Part shown: piece by piece, positions 15,001-28,375 of the stretch
Layout: each line of letters starts with the position of its first letter
Numbering within the stretch: position 1 is the stretch's first letter
Origin: Haplodiscus bocki
Lineage: Eukaryota
Length of the DNA stretch: 64,000 bases
Assembly (NCBI GenBank): GCA_965655095.1
Contig: OZ296653.1
Location: forward strand, 81,716,001 to 81,780,000
Direction of reading: 5' to 3'
Translations under genes and position numbers: made by a program
Notes under the pieces: generated by a model
The model's database searches: none
What the model was told of the DNA's origin: nothing
The model's input: the letters and a program-made list of their open reading frames with translations, nothing else

Positions 15001-16756
15001 ATGATCGAAAATTTCTTTGTTTTTGGCTTTTTGCTCCAATTTTCAGCAAACCGATTTTGTAGTTCGATTGGGGAAACTTCGGGAATGTTATCAAAACCTA
15101 ATTCAATCCATCCAATGAAGCATTCTGGTTCAACAACTTCCAGGAGTCTTTGTGTTTTGTTTCCGGATTTCGAGCATATCTTTGGGACTTGATCCAAAAT
15201 TTTTCAGCAAAAGTGTTCAGTCTGCTTTTTACGACGAGTCTAGAGGAACAGTTTCAGAGGAGAGTCCCCGAAATTAGATAGGACATGTTTTTGTGACCTT
15301 CGAAGAAATGATATCAGACTTTGGTCTAACTGTTTTTCGGAAGTGATGTCAAAACCGCGTACGTCGTGTTCCGGGGTAGGAGTGATTTTGAGAAGTGTTT
15401 TTCTCGAAAAAGTTTTCTACAATCGAAACTTGTTTGATTTTCTTCAGCTTAAAAAATTAGACTGAGGGAAATAATTTCGGGTTTTTACTTAAAAAATTTC
15501 AAAGGCCGTCAAATCTAGATTTTGCGTGTCAGAGAGAACAATTGTACAAGATAAGTCGTCGAAAACAGATTTAAACTTTCTCTCACAACTTCACCAAAAT
15601 AAGATCGGACCGTCAGCACAACTTTTTTACCAGTGGTAGCAAAATTGCTATCTACGTGTGCAGAGAAACACTTGTTTTCGACGTTTTTTCCAAGAAAACA
15701 TTCAAGCTCAATTTTTATTTCGCTTTTTATGCTGAAAAGTTCTGTACTTTGAGCTAATATGTTTTGGCAGGGTTATCAAGACTGCAGTATATGTATAGTG
15801 AGGACCCATTTGGTTTGAGAAGTCGTTCAATATTTTTTTAAAGACTTTTCTGTCGAATGTCCAACAAAACACTTTTGTTTTTTGATTGGGAATTTTTCCG
15901 TAATGTCATCAAAACATCATTTTCGTTAATCAACTCTTTACAATGAACGTGAACTTGCTTTCAGGTTTTGAGTAAAAAACGGACCCAAGTGAATCATTTT
16001 TCTGTAACTTGATCGTAAAAATGTTGGCAGAGTTGTAAACTCGTCATCGTACGCACCGAAGGAACAATTTAGGAAAAAAACTTTGCTGAGATTAGCCTGA
16101 ATAAAATTTCTGTCATCTGCGCCCAAGCGTTTTTGGACTTTGACCCAAACTTTTTGACAGTATTATGAAAAGTGCTCTTCACTTTACCAGATGAACATTA
16201 TGGGAAAAACAAAACTTTGAAACTTTCTACAAACTTTTTGTGATTTAGCACAAAAGCTACCGTGTTGGAGCTAAACCTTCACGACAAGGTTGTTAAATCT
16301 GCATTGTCTCTGTCCTGATTAAGCGTTTGTAGAAAAACGTTTCGAAAATTTGTAACTTGTTTGGGCGTTTGGGTAAAGTTTTTTCTTTAAGAACTTTTCA
16401 AGTTCCTAAACTTTTCTTTCGAAAATTCTGCCAGAAATTATCGCTAATCGTGCGAAAAAGTTTCGGCATGGTTATCGAAACATCGTTTTATGCACCGAGA
16501 ACGTTTTGTGCAGAAAACTCCTTCCTATTGTTTCAACGAATTTTTCATCAGATGCCCTGCAAAACATTTTCGGACTTTGATCAAAAAACACTGGGCAATT
16601 ACGCAAGGTTGTCAAAAAAGCATTCTGTGTTCCCAAAGGAACAATTTACGGTGAAACATTGATCGATAACTTCTTTCATATTCGTTTTTTTTATTCGATT
16701 TCCAGCAAAACCTTTTTTGTACTTTGAGAAAGAAAATTTCGGCAATGTTATCCAAT
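1..16756. repeat. Tandem satellite array, ~1.76-kb unit (about 9.5 units), each a 13-mer of ~135-bp monomers; starts before the window
   Basis: The marker TCTATCGAATGTCCAGCAA and its variants recur at 1, 1763, 3524, 5288, 7057, 8818, 10573, ~12327, ~14077 and ~15849, a spacing of 1750-1772 bp. Identical spurious ORFs recur at the same period in the ORF track. Confidence 0.97.
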
Positions 16757-19700
16757 AGTAGTATAGGCTGGGGGTGTCCCCGCACAGTTTCATGGTTTCC
16801 TATATGAAGTCATCAAACTCATACATGTTGTCTAAGAGTGCAAAGTACAAATTCAACCGAAACTGAATTTTGTTGAATAAGTACACAGTAAGTAAACCAA
16901 CTGTCAATATTCGTTGACATTGCAAATTTTCTACATAGATTTGACAGTTTTACAAAGGCTACCTCAAACATTTTTGATATCTGTTTGCGAGCTATCCGTT
17001 ATATGACAAAAGCTTTTACATTGACAGTAATGATACAAGTTTTGAGAAAAAAAAACATCTTTTTTTCAATAACCAAATTTTGTACGTTTCGTGTAATCTT
17101 AATATTTCAGTTACACTCTACGGATGGGAAACGTTTAAACTCGAGACCGAACACTAGCGTCAAGTTGGACATTATCAGTTCGCGAAAGGTAAAAAAAACG
17201 TTCAATTTCAGATTTGGGTTATGATTTACCTTCCATTTTTACATATGGGCGGGAAATTTAATAAAAGCCAGCGAGTCCAAAAACCGCGATGGGCAACACT
17301 TGAATGGTAATCTTAAACTGCCTAAAATCGAAAATTATCCTGAAAAACCGTGGTTTAGCAAACTCACATCAGAAGAGATAATTTTGGGTCTCCGAACACT
17401 GTTCAACATTTGATGCATAACGGTGGGCGATTCCAAAACCGTACTGCGAAACAATAAAATGGCAGTCTAACAATGTTTAAAACGCAAAAAATCTGAAAAT
17501 TCCGAACTGAAACCCAACCAAATCAACCGTTTCATGAAAAAGTGGGTGAGTCGAAAATCATATTGGAAAAACAATGAAACGTTAATGTCACAACGTTTTA
17601 AACCAAAAGTCTTAGAAAAAGCCGTTCTTCCATAAACTCACATCAAGATTTTGCTTTTACAATTCCGAACTCCATTAAAAGTTTGTGGGCGAGTCGAAAA
17701 ACTGAAAAACGATCAAAATCCGAGCTCAATTAAATTTGTATTTTTTTGACTTGGGAAACCCGAGATGCCATTGGTAGCAATTAAAAGCTAATGTTATAAA
17801 ACGGGAAAATAAATTTCTGTCTGAAAATGCCTTGGTTAGCAAAATCATGTCAAAAGGGTTGTGCTATACCTGCAACTAAACTTTCGATATACTAGTCTTG
17901 GGGAGCAAAAAAAGCTATCTTTTGTGAAAATTCAAGTCAACTCTCAATGCCGATGAGCAAAATGGTTGTTTGAAACTGCAATCTTCGATCCAATCCATAT
18001 CAAGAAACGCAGTTTCACACAGTTAAAAATCTCAACTACACAATTTATTCACTAGATTTAAAGAGCCGAAAACTAGATTGAAAAACTACTAAGTGTTGGT
18101 ATCACATTACATAAAATCAAAGCACTTTCTAAAAAAACGTTCTCTTCCAAACTCCCTGACAAATTGTGGCTTCAGTTTCCTAAATTGTACTACACTATTG
18201 GATAGCCTTGTGCAAACCCAAATGCGATTTGGAAGCAGTTAAACATTCCTACTTTATTACGGTAAACACAAAGTTTGTCTGAAAATGCCGTGGTCTTGAT
18301 AATTCATCTCAAAAGGGTCATTCTATACCTTCGGCTCCAAGTAAACATGCAAACACAAGGTGTACAAGTATCGCTAACACCAAAACCATAATGGAAAACA
18401 ATTGACCGTTAGCATGATATTACAAAAAAATAAAACTCCCTCAAAAGCGCTATGCTTTGGCAAAATCCTAAGCGAGAAGGTGTTTGTTTTTAGTCGTCTG
18501 AACTAAAGTAAACTATCGATGTATAGCCTTTCAAAGGCCCAAAATTAAATTGAAAGCAATGAAACAAGAAAGTTGACTCCTGAATTGCAAAAAACACAAG
18601 TCTGTCTGAAAATGCTTTTCTCCTGCAAATTTACATCGAAAAGGTTGTTCTGGAGCTCTGATCATTGGTAAACAATTGACTTACAAGTCTGAATGAAGTC
18701 ACAAATGATCCTGGGAAACAACTCAGCACAATTCCAACAACTCCGAAAACTATAGTCCTGAAAATCATGCATTTTTGCAAGCTCACATCAACAATGCAAT
18801 TGAAGTTAAAGCAAACGTCTGTTGTACAATTCGGGGTAAACTAAAAACTATTTTTTGAAACACTGATGTTACTTCCACGCTACTTTAAACTTCAACTCTT
18901 TTGCAAAATGCCGCACCGCACGCATTGAAACAGAAATGTTTATAGTCCTGCTAGCGCAACTAGTGACTTCAGGTAAAGTCATGGGCAAGTCCAAAAACCG
19001 CATTGGCAAAACAATTAGACAAAAGTTAGGCATTAACTCAGAGCTATAGACTCTGAAAAAACTTCAATTTTATAAAATTGACATCATATTTTCGAATTCA
19101 AACATCCAAACACAACTGCGATAAGTTACTGCCTTCTCATTCGAGCCCGAAAAGCACAGTGACAGGAGTCCATAGTTAGTTTCAGTTAGCTGGAAGCAAG
19201 GTTTTCTGAGAAAGTCACGCTGTTGCCAACTCACATCAAAAATGTGTTTCAAGTTTCCTCACTGAGATAACGTTTACTGTACAAATGTTGAACAGTCCAA
19301 CGACCAGTTGGAAAACAGTGAAAGGTTCACTGCAAACTACCCAATCGTTCAAGAACTACCCCTGATCAATGAAATGACAACAAGAACGGTGGTTGTAGAC
19401 ATCTGTTATCTACTGAACCTTTGATGTACAAAACAGTGCGAGCGGGGAGAGAAAAATTCAAACAGCAAAAATAATGTCCAACTCAGCCAAGTCCGAAATC
19501 TGTTCTGGCAAAAATTTACAATCACCGCACGGTAGAATTTAGAAAGTGATGTTTGCATCTGAAAACAGAGTGAAAATTCCATCCAAATCTGTTACAACTT
19601 TTTTTAAAAAGCTTGAGTTTTTCGGCAATATCTCATTGTAATCATAACAGCGTAATCACAGCAAAGTCTAATAAAATTGTGAAGAGGTCTAGTAAACGTT

Positions 19701-21485
19701 ATTCAATCAGATTCCTAATAAAAAAGCAAATTTTGAACAAAATTCTTTCCTGACAGCAATGTTTTCCAGCAGTCATGAACAACGAAAGTCGAAACATTGG
19801 TTCTAGGAAAATTTCGCATTGCATTCCCAACACAATTCGAGTATAGAAAGTAAGCGCGTGAAAAAATTACTGACTACTGCTGCCGCAGCAGCAAGTTGTT
19901 GTTTATTTTGATGAGTGGAGTAATGGTTGACGCTGAAATGTATGATACTAATAACAAACGTTCCTTGATATGATTGAATTCAAGAAAGAACGCTGTTTGA
20001 ACTTCTGAAAATTCGCCTACTTTGTTTCAAAATTTATATGAAACGAACCAAAAATTTGATTGATTTAACGGATCCATAAATGTCAGTTCAAAACTTCCAA
20101 CTTTTGATGCGTTCAAACAAAACTTTCACTGAATATTTTCCAGCAGTTAAGACAACCAATGACCAAACAGTGATTTTCTGTAAAATTAACTTTTGCATCC
20201 CAAACACTATTCGAGTGTGAAAATTACGTGCGTGAAAAAAAGTATTGAATACTGTTGCCACTGAGGCAAGCAGCTGTTTTGTTTTGATCAATTGAATATC
20301 TGATGAAGCTCATGGTTTTAATGGTATTAACAACGTTCACTTGATCTGAGTGAATACAGGAAAAGCCCTGATTGTATTTCTAAACTTTTGCCCACACTGT
20401 TTCAAGTTTCACATCAAACTAATCAATTATTCAATTTGATTATAGGATCAACAAATGCCTTTTCAAAACTTGCAGCTGTTGATGTGTTGAATGAAACAAA
20501 TTACTGAGAATGCTTCGCAAAAGTTCTCGTCAGCAAATCAATTTTCAATTTGTTTTTCGGCCTCTTTTTGAATTCAACTCTAATCGTCTAGATCCAAACT
20601 CATCAAACTAGAGATCAGACCTGAAGATCTTGGTGCTGAATAGCGATTTGGGGAATGAAAGTTAAAAAAAGCCTTGACTTCGAGAAACCATGAATCAAGA
20701 ACCGTAACAATGCCCGCCCCATTTTAAACGCTGCTTTTTGATATTAGGGTTTAAATGTCTGTCTGGAGGCTTCAGTCAGCAGAATTTCAAGCCTCACTCG
20801 GAACATTGGACACTCTAGATTTTCCCGTTCGTTTTCTGCTTTCCAATATCAAGAGAAGAGAGCCATCTTGATTCTGTTCAGTGGTTAAATCCGCAGTGCC
20901 ATCTAAACTGGAAAATTCTCAAAAATATCTTCAAAAAGTAGTGTACTTCAGAGGGTACCGGAGGGCGATGCAAACTTTGGGCCATGCAGCGAGTGGATCC
21001 CATAACTCTTAGTTTGCGAAGCTCTTTGCCAACCTCTCAACTAGAGTACCTCGAAGAAAAGAATTCACAGTCATCCACAAGGAAACATCGACTCTAGCTT
21101 AATTCTGCTTTGCCAACTTGTTTGTGGTAGATGTGTTCCGTACAATATTAGCATTCGGTGTGACGCCGCCGGCGAATTTCTTTGTTTTGTTCCGAATCAT
21201 TTTTTCGGGCAACTTTTATTACCTCTCTACATCGCGCATCAAAGATTGATCCTTTTGAAAATAAACCAAATTTCAGTTTGAATTTCGTGGGTAAGAAAAC
21301 CAGAATTGTTAGAGATTTTCAGTTCAGCCGCTGGTTCTCTATTTCAGTAACTTTCGATTCACGCCTGAAAAGTTTACAACTAGGCAGAAACAAAATGAGC
21401 AGGTACTTCTTCACCGAGCCAAAGGTCAAATCTCAGGCCAAAAGTGATCTTCTCATGCCGGCTATCTAATAGGCTCTACCGAGAT
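16757..21485 (+). repeat. Left inverted arm (~4.73 kb)
   Basis: Reverse complement of 23644-28375. The inner end GCCGGCTATCTAATAGGCTCTACCGAGAT pairs with ATCTCAGTAGAGCCTTTTGGATAGCCGGC. Confidence 0.95.
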
Positions 21486-22763
21486 CCAATTGAAACCACA
21501 AGCTTTTGGACAAAATTCGACTATGTGCACAATTTAACGATTTCAGGAAAGGACACAAGCTTCTTAGAAATCAAAAACAACTACGGTAGAACAAGCAATC
21601 GCTGTTTCCAACTTTGGTTTATTGTCAAACTTTTCCCACAGAAAAGAAACCGTAAGTTTGAGAACAAATGGCATTGAAATGCAAATACTTTTAAGGAGCC
21701 TCGATCATTTGGACTGAACTGCACTTCTTGTAGGCTCAAGCACTTGTGCCTGACTATCGACTATCTACTTAGTTTGAGGCAACAAATTGATCTCGGACTG
21801 AAAGCAAGAAACAGTGTTTCAATCTCAGTAGAGCCTTTTGGATAGCCGGCATGAGAAGATCTCTTTTGGCCTGAGATTTGACCTTTGGCTCGGTGAAGAA
21901 ATATCTGCTCATATTGTTTCTGCCTGGTTGTAAAACTTTCAGGCATGAACCGAAAGTTACTGAAAAAGAGAACCAGCGGCTGCAGTGAAAAACTCTAACA
22001 ATTCAGGTTTTTTTACCCACTAAGTTCAAACTGAAATTTGGTTTACTTTCAGAAGGATCAATCTTTGATGCGCGATGTACAGAGGTATTAGAAGTTGCCC
22101 GAAAAAGTAATTCGAAACAAAACAAAAAAATTCACCGGCTGCGTCACAGCGAATGCTAATATTGTATGCAACACATCTACCACAAACAAGTTGCAAAGCA
22201 GAATTAAGCTAGAGTCGATGTTTCCTTGTGGATGACTGTGCATTCTTTTCTTCAAGGTACTATAGTTTAGTTGAGAGGTTGGCAAAGAGCTTCGCAAACT
22301 AAGAGTAATGGGATCCACTCGCTGCATTGCCCAAAGTTTGCATCGCCCTCTTTTACCCTCTGAAGTACTCTACTTTTTGAAGAAATTTTTGAGATTTTTC
22401 CAGTTTAGATAGCACTGCGGATTTAACCACTGAACAGAATCAAGATGGCTCTCTTCTCTTGATATTGGAAAGCAGAAAACGAACGGGAAAATCCAGAGTG
22501 TCCAATGTTCCGAGTGAGGCTTGAAATTCTGCTGACTGAAGCCTCCAGACAGACATTTAAACCCTAATATCAAAAAGCAGCGTTTAAAATGGGGCGGGCA
22601 TTGTTACGGTTCTTGATTCATGGTTTCTCGAAGTCAAGGCTCTTTTTAACTTTCATTCCCAAATCGCTATTCAGCACCAAGATCTTCAGGTCTGCTCTCT
22701 AGTTTGATGAGTTTTGGATCTAGACGATTAGAGTTGAATTCAAAAAGAGGCCGAAAAGCAAAT

Positions 22764-22963
22764 NNNNNNNNNNNNNNNNNNNNNNNNNNNNNNNNNNNNN
22801 NNNNNNNNNNNNNNNNNNNNNNNNNNNNNNNNNNNNNNNNNNNNNNNNNNNNNNNNNNNNNNNNNNNNNNNNNNNNNNNNNNNNNNNNNNNNNNNNNNNN
22901 NNNNNNNNNNNNNNNNNNNNNNNNNNNNNNNNNNNNNNNNNNNNNNNNNNNNNNNNNNNNNNN
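22764..22963. other. Assembly gap (200 N) flanked by a near-identical direct duplication, 21140-22763 vs 22964-24586
   Basis: Run of N. The two flanking copies differ mainly by single-base indels, e.g. AAGTTGCAAAG/AAGTTGGCAAAG and TTCGTGGGTAAG/TTCGTGGTAAG. Confidence 0.95.
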
Positions 22964-23643
22964 GTACAATATTAGCATTCGGTGTGACGCCGCCGGCGAA
23001 TTTCTTTGTTTTGTTCCGAATCATTTTTTCGGGCAACTTTTATTACCTCTCTACATCGCGCATCAAAGATGATCCTTTTGAAAATAAACCAAATTTCAGT
23101 TTGAATTTCGTGGTAAGAAAACCAGAATTGTTAGAGATTTTCAGTTCAGCCGCTGGTTCTCTATTTCAGTAACTTTCGATTCACGCCTGAAAAGTTTACA
23201 ACTAGGCAGAAACAAAATGAGCAGGTACTTCTTCACCGAGCCAAAGGTCAAATCTCAGGCCAAAAGTGATCTTCTCATGCCGGCTATCTAATAGGCTCTA
23301 CCGAGATCCAATTGAAACCACAAGCTTTTGGACAAAATTCGACTATGTGCACAATTTAACGATTTCAGGAAAGGACACAAGCTTCTTAGAAATCAAAAAC
23401 AACTACGGTAGAACAAGCAATCGCTGTTTCCAACTTTGGTTTATTGTCAAACTTTTCCCACAGAAAAGAAACCGTAAGTTTGAGAACAAATGGCATTGAA
23501 ATGCAAATACTTTTAAGGAGCCTCGATCATTTGGACTGAACTGCACTTCTTGTAGGCTCAAGCACTTGTGCCTGACTATCGACTATCTACTTAGTTTGAG
23601 GCAACAAATTGATCTCGGACTGAAAGCAAGAAACAGTGTTTCA

Positions 23644-26600
23644 ATCTCAGTAGAGCCTTTTGGATAGCCGGCATGAGAAGATCTCTTTTGGCCTGAGATT
23701 TGACCTTTGGCTCGGTGAAGAAATATCTGCTCATATTGTTTCTGCCTGGTTGTAAAACTTTCAGGCATGAACCGAAAGTTACTGAAAAAGAGAACCAGCG
23801 GCTGCAGTGAAAAACTCTAACAATTCAGGTTTTTTTACCCACTAAGTTCAAACTGAAATTTGGTTTACTTTCAGAAGGATCAATCTTTGATGCGCGATGT
23901 ACAGAGGTATTAGAAGTTGCCCGAAAAAGTAATTCGAAACAAAACAAAAAAATTCACCGGCTGCGTCACAGCGAATGCTAATATTGTATGCAACACATCT
24001 ACCACAAACAAGTTGGCAAAGCAGAATTAAGCTAGAGTCGATGTTTCCTTGTGGATGACTGTGCATTCTTTTCTTCAAGGTACTATAGTTTAGTTGAGAG
24101 GTTGGCAAAGAGCTTCGCAAACTAAGAGTAATGGGATCCACTCGCTGCATTGCCCAAAGTTTGCATCGCCCTCTTTTACCCTCTGAAGTACTCTACTTTT
24201 TGAAGAAATTTTTGAGATTTTTCCAGTTTAGATAGCACTGCGGATTTAACCACTGAACAGAATCAAGATGGCTCTCTTCTCTTGATATTGGAAAGCAGAA
24301 AACGAACGGGAAAATCCAGAGTGTCCAATGTTCCGAGTGAGGCTTGAAATTCTGCTGACTGAAGCCTCCAGACAGACATTTAAACCCTAATATCAAAAAG
24401 CAGCGTTTAAAATGGGGCGGGCATTGTTACGGTTCTTGATTCATGGTTTCTCGAAGTCAAGGCTCTTTTTAACTTTCATTCCCCAAATCGCTATTCAGCA
24501 CCAAGATCTTCAGGTCTGCTCTCTAGTTTGATGAGTTTGGATCTAGACGATTAGAGTTGAATTCAAAAAGAGGCCGAAAAGCAAATTGAAAATTGACTTG
24601 CTGACGAGAACTTTTGCGAAGCATTTTCAGTAATTTGTTTCATTCAACACATCAACAGCTGCAAGTTTTGAAAAGGCATTTGTTGATCCTATAATCAAAT
24701 TGAATAATTGATTAGTTTGATGTGAAACTTGAAACAGTGTGGGCAAAAGTTTAGAAATACAATCAGGGCTTTTCCTGTATTCACTCAGATCAAGTGAACG
24801 TTGTTAATACCATTAAAACCATGAGCTTCATCAGATATTCCATTGATCAAAACAAAACAGCTGCTTGCCTCAGTGGCAACAGTATTCAATACTTTTTTTC
24901 ACGCACGTAATTTTCACACTCGAATAGTGTTTGGGATGCAAAAGCTAATTTTACAGAAAATCACTGTTTGGTCATTGGTTGTCTTAACTGCTGGAAAATA
25001 TTCAGTGAAAGTTTTGTTTGAGCGCATCAAAAGTTGGAAGTTTTGAACTGACATTTATGGATCCGTTAAATCAATCAAATTTTTGGTTCGTTTCATCAAA
25101 ATTTTGAAACAAAGTAGGCGAATTTTCAGAAGTTCAAACAGCGTTCTTTCTTGAATTCAATCATATCAAGGAACGTTTGTTATTAGTATCATACATTTCA
25201 GCGTCAACCATTACTCCACTCATCAAAATAAACAACAACTTGCTGCTGCGACAGCAATAATCAATAAGATTTTCACGCGCTGATTTGCTATACTCGAATA
25301 GTGTTGGGAATGCAATGCGAAATTTTCATAAAACCAATGTTTGGACTTTCGTTGTTCATGACTGCCGGAAAACATTGCTGTCAGGAACGAATTTTGTTCA
25401 AAATTGGCTTATTTCATTTGGAACCTGATTGAATAACGTTTACTAGACATCTTCACACTTCTATTGTACTTTGCTGTGAATACACTATTATGAATACAAT
25501 GAGATTTTTCAGAAAAACTCAAAGATTTTTAAAAAGTTGTAATAGATTTGGATGGAATTTTCACTCTGTTTTCAGATGCAAACATCACTTTCTAAATTCT
25601 ACCGTGCGGTGATTGTAAATTTTTGCCAGAACAGATTTCGGACTTGGCTGAGTTGGACATTATTTTTGCTGTTTGAATTTTTCTCTCCCCGCTCGCACTG
25701 TTTTGTACATCAAAGGTTCAGTAGATAACAGATGTCTACAACCACCGTTCTTGTTGTCATTTCATTGATCAGGGGTAGTTCTTGAACGATTGGGTAGTTT
25801 GCAGTGAACCTTTCACTGTTTTCCAACTGGTCGTTGGACTGTTCAACATTTGTACAGTAAACGTTATCTCAGTGAGGAAACTTGAAACACATTTTTGATG
25901 TGAGTTGGCAACAGCGTGACTTTCTCAGAAAACCTTGCTTCCAGCTAACTGAAACTAACTATGGACTCCTGTCACTGTGCTTTTCGGGCTCGAATGAGAA
26001 GGCAGTAACTTATCGCAGTTGTGTTTGGATGTTTGAATTCGAAAATATGATGTCAATTTTATAAAATTGAAGTTTTTTCAGAGTCTATAGCTCTGAGTTA
26101 ATGCCTAACTTTTGTCTAATTGTTTTGCCAATGCGGTTTTTGGACTTGCCCATGACTTTACCTGAAGTCACTAGTTGCGCTAGCAGGACTATAAACATTT
26201 CTGTTTCAATGCGTGCGGTGCGGCATTTTGCAAAAGAGTTGAAGTTTAAAGTAGCGTGGAAGTAACATCAGTGTTTCAAAAAATAGTTTTTAGTTTACCC
26301 CGAATTGTACAACAGACGTTTGCTTTAACTTCAATTGCATTGTTGATGTGAGCTTGCAAAAATGCATGATTTTCAGGACTATAGTTTTCGGAGTTGTTGG
26401 AATTGTGCTGAGTTGTTTCCCAGGATCATTTGTGACTTCATTCAGACTTGTAAGTCAATTGTTTACCAATGATCAGAGCTCCAGAACAACCTTTTCGATG
26501 TAAATTTGCAGGAGAAAAGCATTTTCAGACAGACTTGTGTTTTTTGCAATTCAGGAGTCAACTTTCTTGTTTCATTGCTTTCAATTTAATTTTGGGCCTT

Positions 26601-28375
26601 TGAAAGGCTATACATCGATAGTTTACTTTAGTTCAGACGACTAAAAACAAACACCTTCTCGCTTAGGATTTTGCCAAAGCATAGCGCTTTTGAGGGAGTT
26701 TTATTTTTTTGTAATATCATGCTAACGGTCAATTGTTTTCCATTATGGTTTTGGTGTTAGCGATACTTGTACACCTTGTGTTTGCATGTTTACTTGGAGC
26801 CGAAGGTATAGAATGACCCTTTTGAGATGAATTATCAAGACCACGGCATTTTCAGACAAACTTTGTGTTTACCGTAATAAAGTAGGAATGTTTAACTGCT
26901 TCCAAATCGCATTTGGGTTTGCACAAGGCTATCCAATAGTGTAGTACAATTTAGGAAACTGAAGCCACAATTTGTCAGGGAGTTTGGAAGAGAACGTTTT
27001 TTTAGAAAGTGCTTTGATTTTATGTAATGTGATACCAACACTTAGTAGTTTTTCAATCTAGTTTTCGGCTCTTTAAATCTAGTGAATAAATTGTGTAGTT
27101 GAGATTTTTAACTGTGTGAAACTGCGTTTCTTGATATGGATTGGATCGAAGATTGCAGTTTCAAACAACCATTTTGCTCATCGGCATTGAGAGTTGACTT
27201 GAATTTTCACAAAAGATAGCTTTTTTTGCTCCCCAAGACTAGTATATCGAAAGTTTAGTTGCAGGTATAGCACAACCCTTTTGACATGATTTTGCTAACC
27301 AAGGCATTTTCAGACAGAAATTTATTTTCCCGTTTTATAACATTAGCTTTTAATTGCTACCAATGGCATCTCGGGTTTCCCAAGTCAAAAAAATACAAAT
27401 TTAATTGAGCTCGGATTTTGATCGTTTTTCAGTTTTTCGACTCGCCCACAAACTTTTAATGGAGTTCGGAATTGTAAAAGCAAAATCTTGATGTGAGTTT
27501 ATGGAAGAACGGCTTTTTCTAAGACTTTTGGTTTAAAACGTTGTGACATTAACGTTTCATTGTTTTTCCAATATGATTTTCGACTCACCCACTTTTTCAT
27601 GAAACGGTTGATTTGGTTGGGTTTCAGTTCGGAATTTTCAGATTTTTTGCGTTTTAAACATTGTTAGACTGCCATTTTATTGTTTCGCAGTACGGTTTTG
27701 GAATCGCCCACCGTTATGCATCAAATGTTGAACAGTGTTCGGAGACCCAAAATTATCTCTTCTGATGTGAGTTTGCTAAACCACGGTTTTTCAGGATAAT
27801 TTTCGATTTTAGGCAGTTTAAGATTACCATTCAAGTGTTGCCCATCGCGGTTTTTGGACTCGCTGGCTTTTATTAAATTTCCCGCCCATATGTAAAAATG
27901 GAAGGTAAATCATAACCCAAATCTGAAATTGAACGTTTTTTTTACCTTTCGCGAACTGATAATGTCCAACTTGACGCTAGTGTTCGGTCTCGAGTTTAAA
28001 CGTTTCCCATCCGTAGAGTGTAACTGAAATATTAAGATTACACGAAACGTACAAAATTTGGTTTTTGAAAAAAAGATGTTTTTTTTTCTCAAAACTTGTA
28101 TCATTACTGTCAATGTAAAAGCTTTTGTCATATAACGGATAGCTCGCAAACAGATATCAAAAATGTTTGAGGTAGCCTTGGTAGAACTGTCAAATCTACG
28201 TAGAAAGTTTGCAATGTCAACGAATATTGACAGTTGGTTTACTTACTGTGTACTTAGTCAACAAAATTCAGTTTCGGTTGATTTTGTACTTTGCACTCTT
28301 AGAAAACATGTATGAATTTGATGACTTCATATAGGGAGCCATGAAACTGTGCGGGGCCCCCCAGCATATACTACT
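23644..28375 (-). repeat. Right inverted arm (~4.73 kb)
   Basis: Reverse complement of 16757-21485. Confidence 0.95.

Larger units (their letters stand above)
16757..28375. mobile_element. Non-autonomous giant palindromic (foldback) DNA element with Polinton/Maverick-like termini and a 6-bp TSD
   Basis: Left junction TCCAAT|AGTAGTATAGGCTGGGG (TSD 16751-16756). Right junction CCCCAGCATATACTACT|TCCAAT (TSD 28376-28381). Removing the element restores the satellite monomer GGCAATGTTATCCAATCATCTTTCAATGC. Mirror-image ORFs occur at 16985+/27910-, 19070-/25882+ and 20088-/24843+. The insertion is clear from the sequence; the Polinton assignment is inferred from the termini and TSD length. Confidence 0.85.

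Noticed and set aside
1-16756. CRISPR-like look: conserved ~45-bp core separated by variable sequence
   Set aside because: The cores are highly degenerate, the 'spacers' repeat every 1.76 kb, there are no cas genes and the context is eukaryotic.
218-16793. Dozens of 60-130 aa ORFs in the satellite
   Set aside because: They are F/K-rich translations of A/T tracts that recur with the repeat period and are broken by homopolymer indels between units. No domain is recognisable.
20754-21730. Possible decayed gene in the inner arms and spacer (GC box at ~20712, ATG at ~20754, splice-like signals at ~21630-21660)
   Set aside because: Frames have several stops in both arms and show no recognisable Polinton or transposase motif.
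22667-23072. ORFs spanning the N run
   Set aside because: Artefacts of translating the gap.
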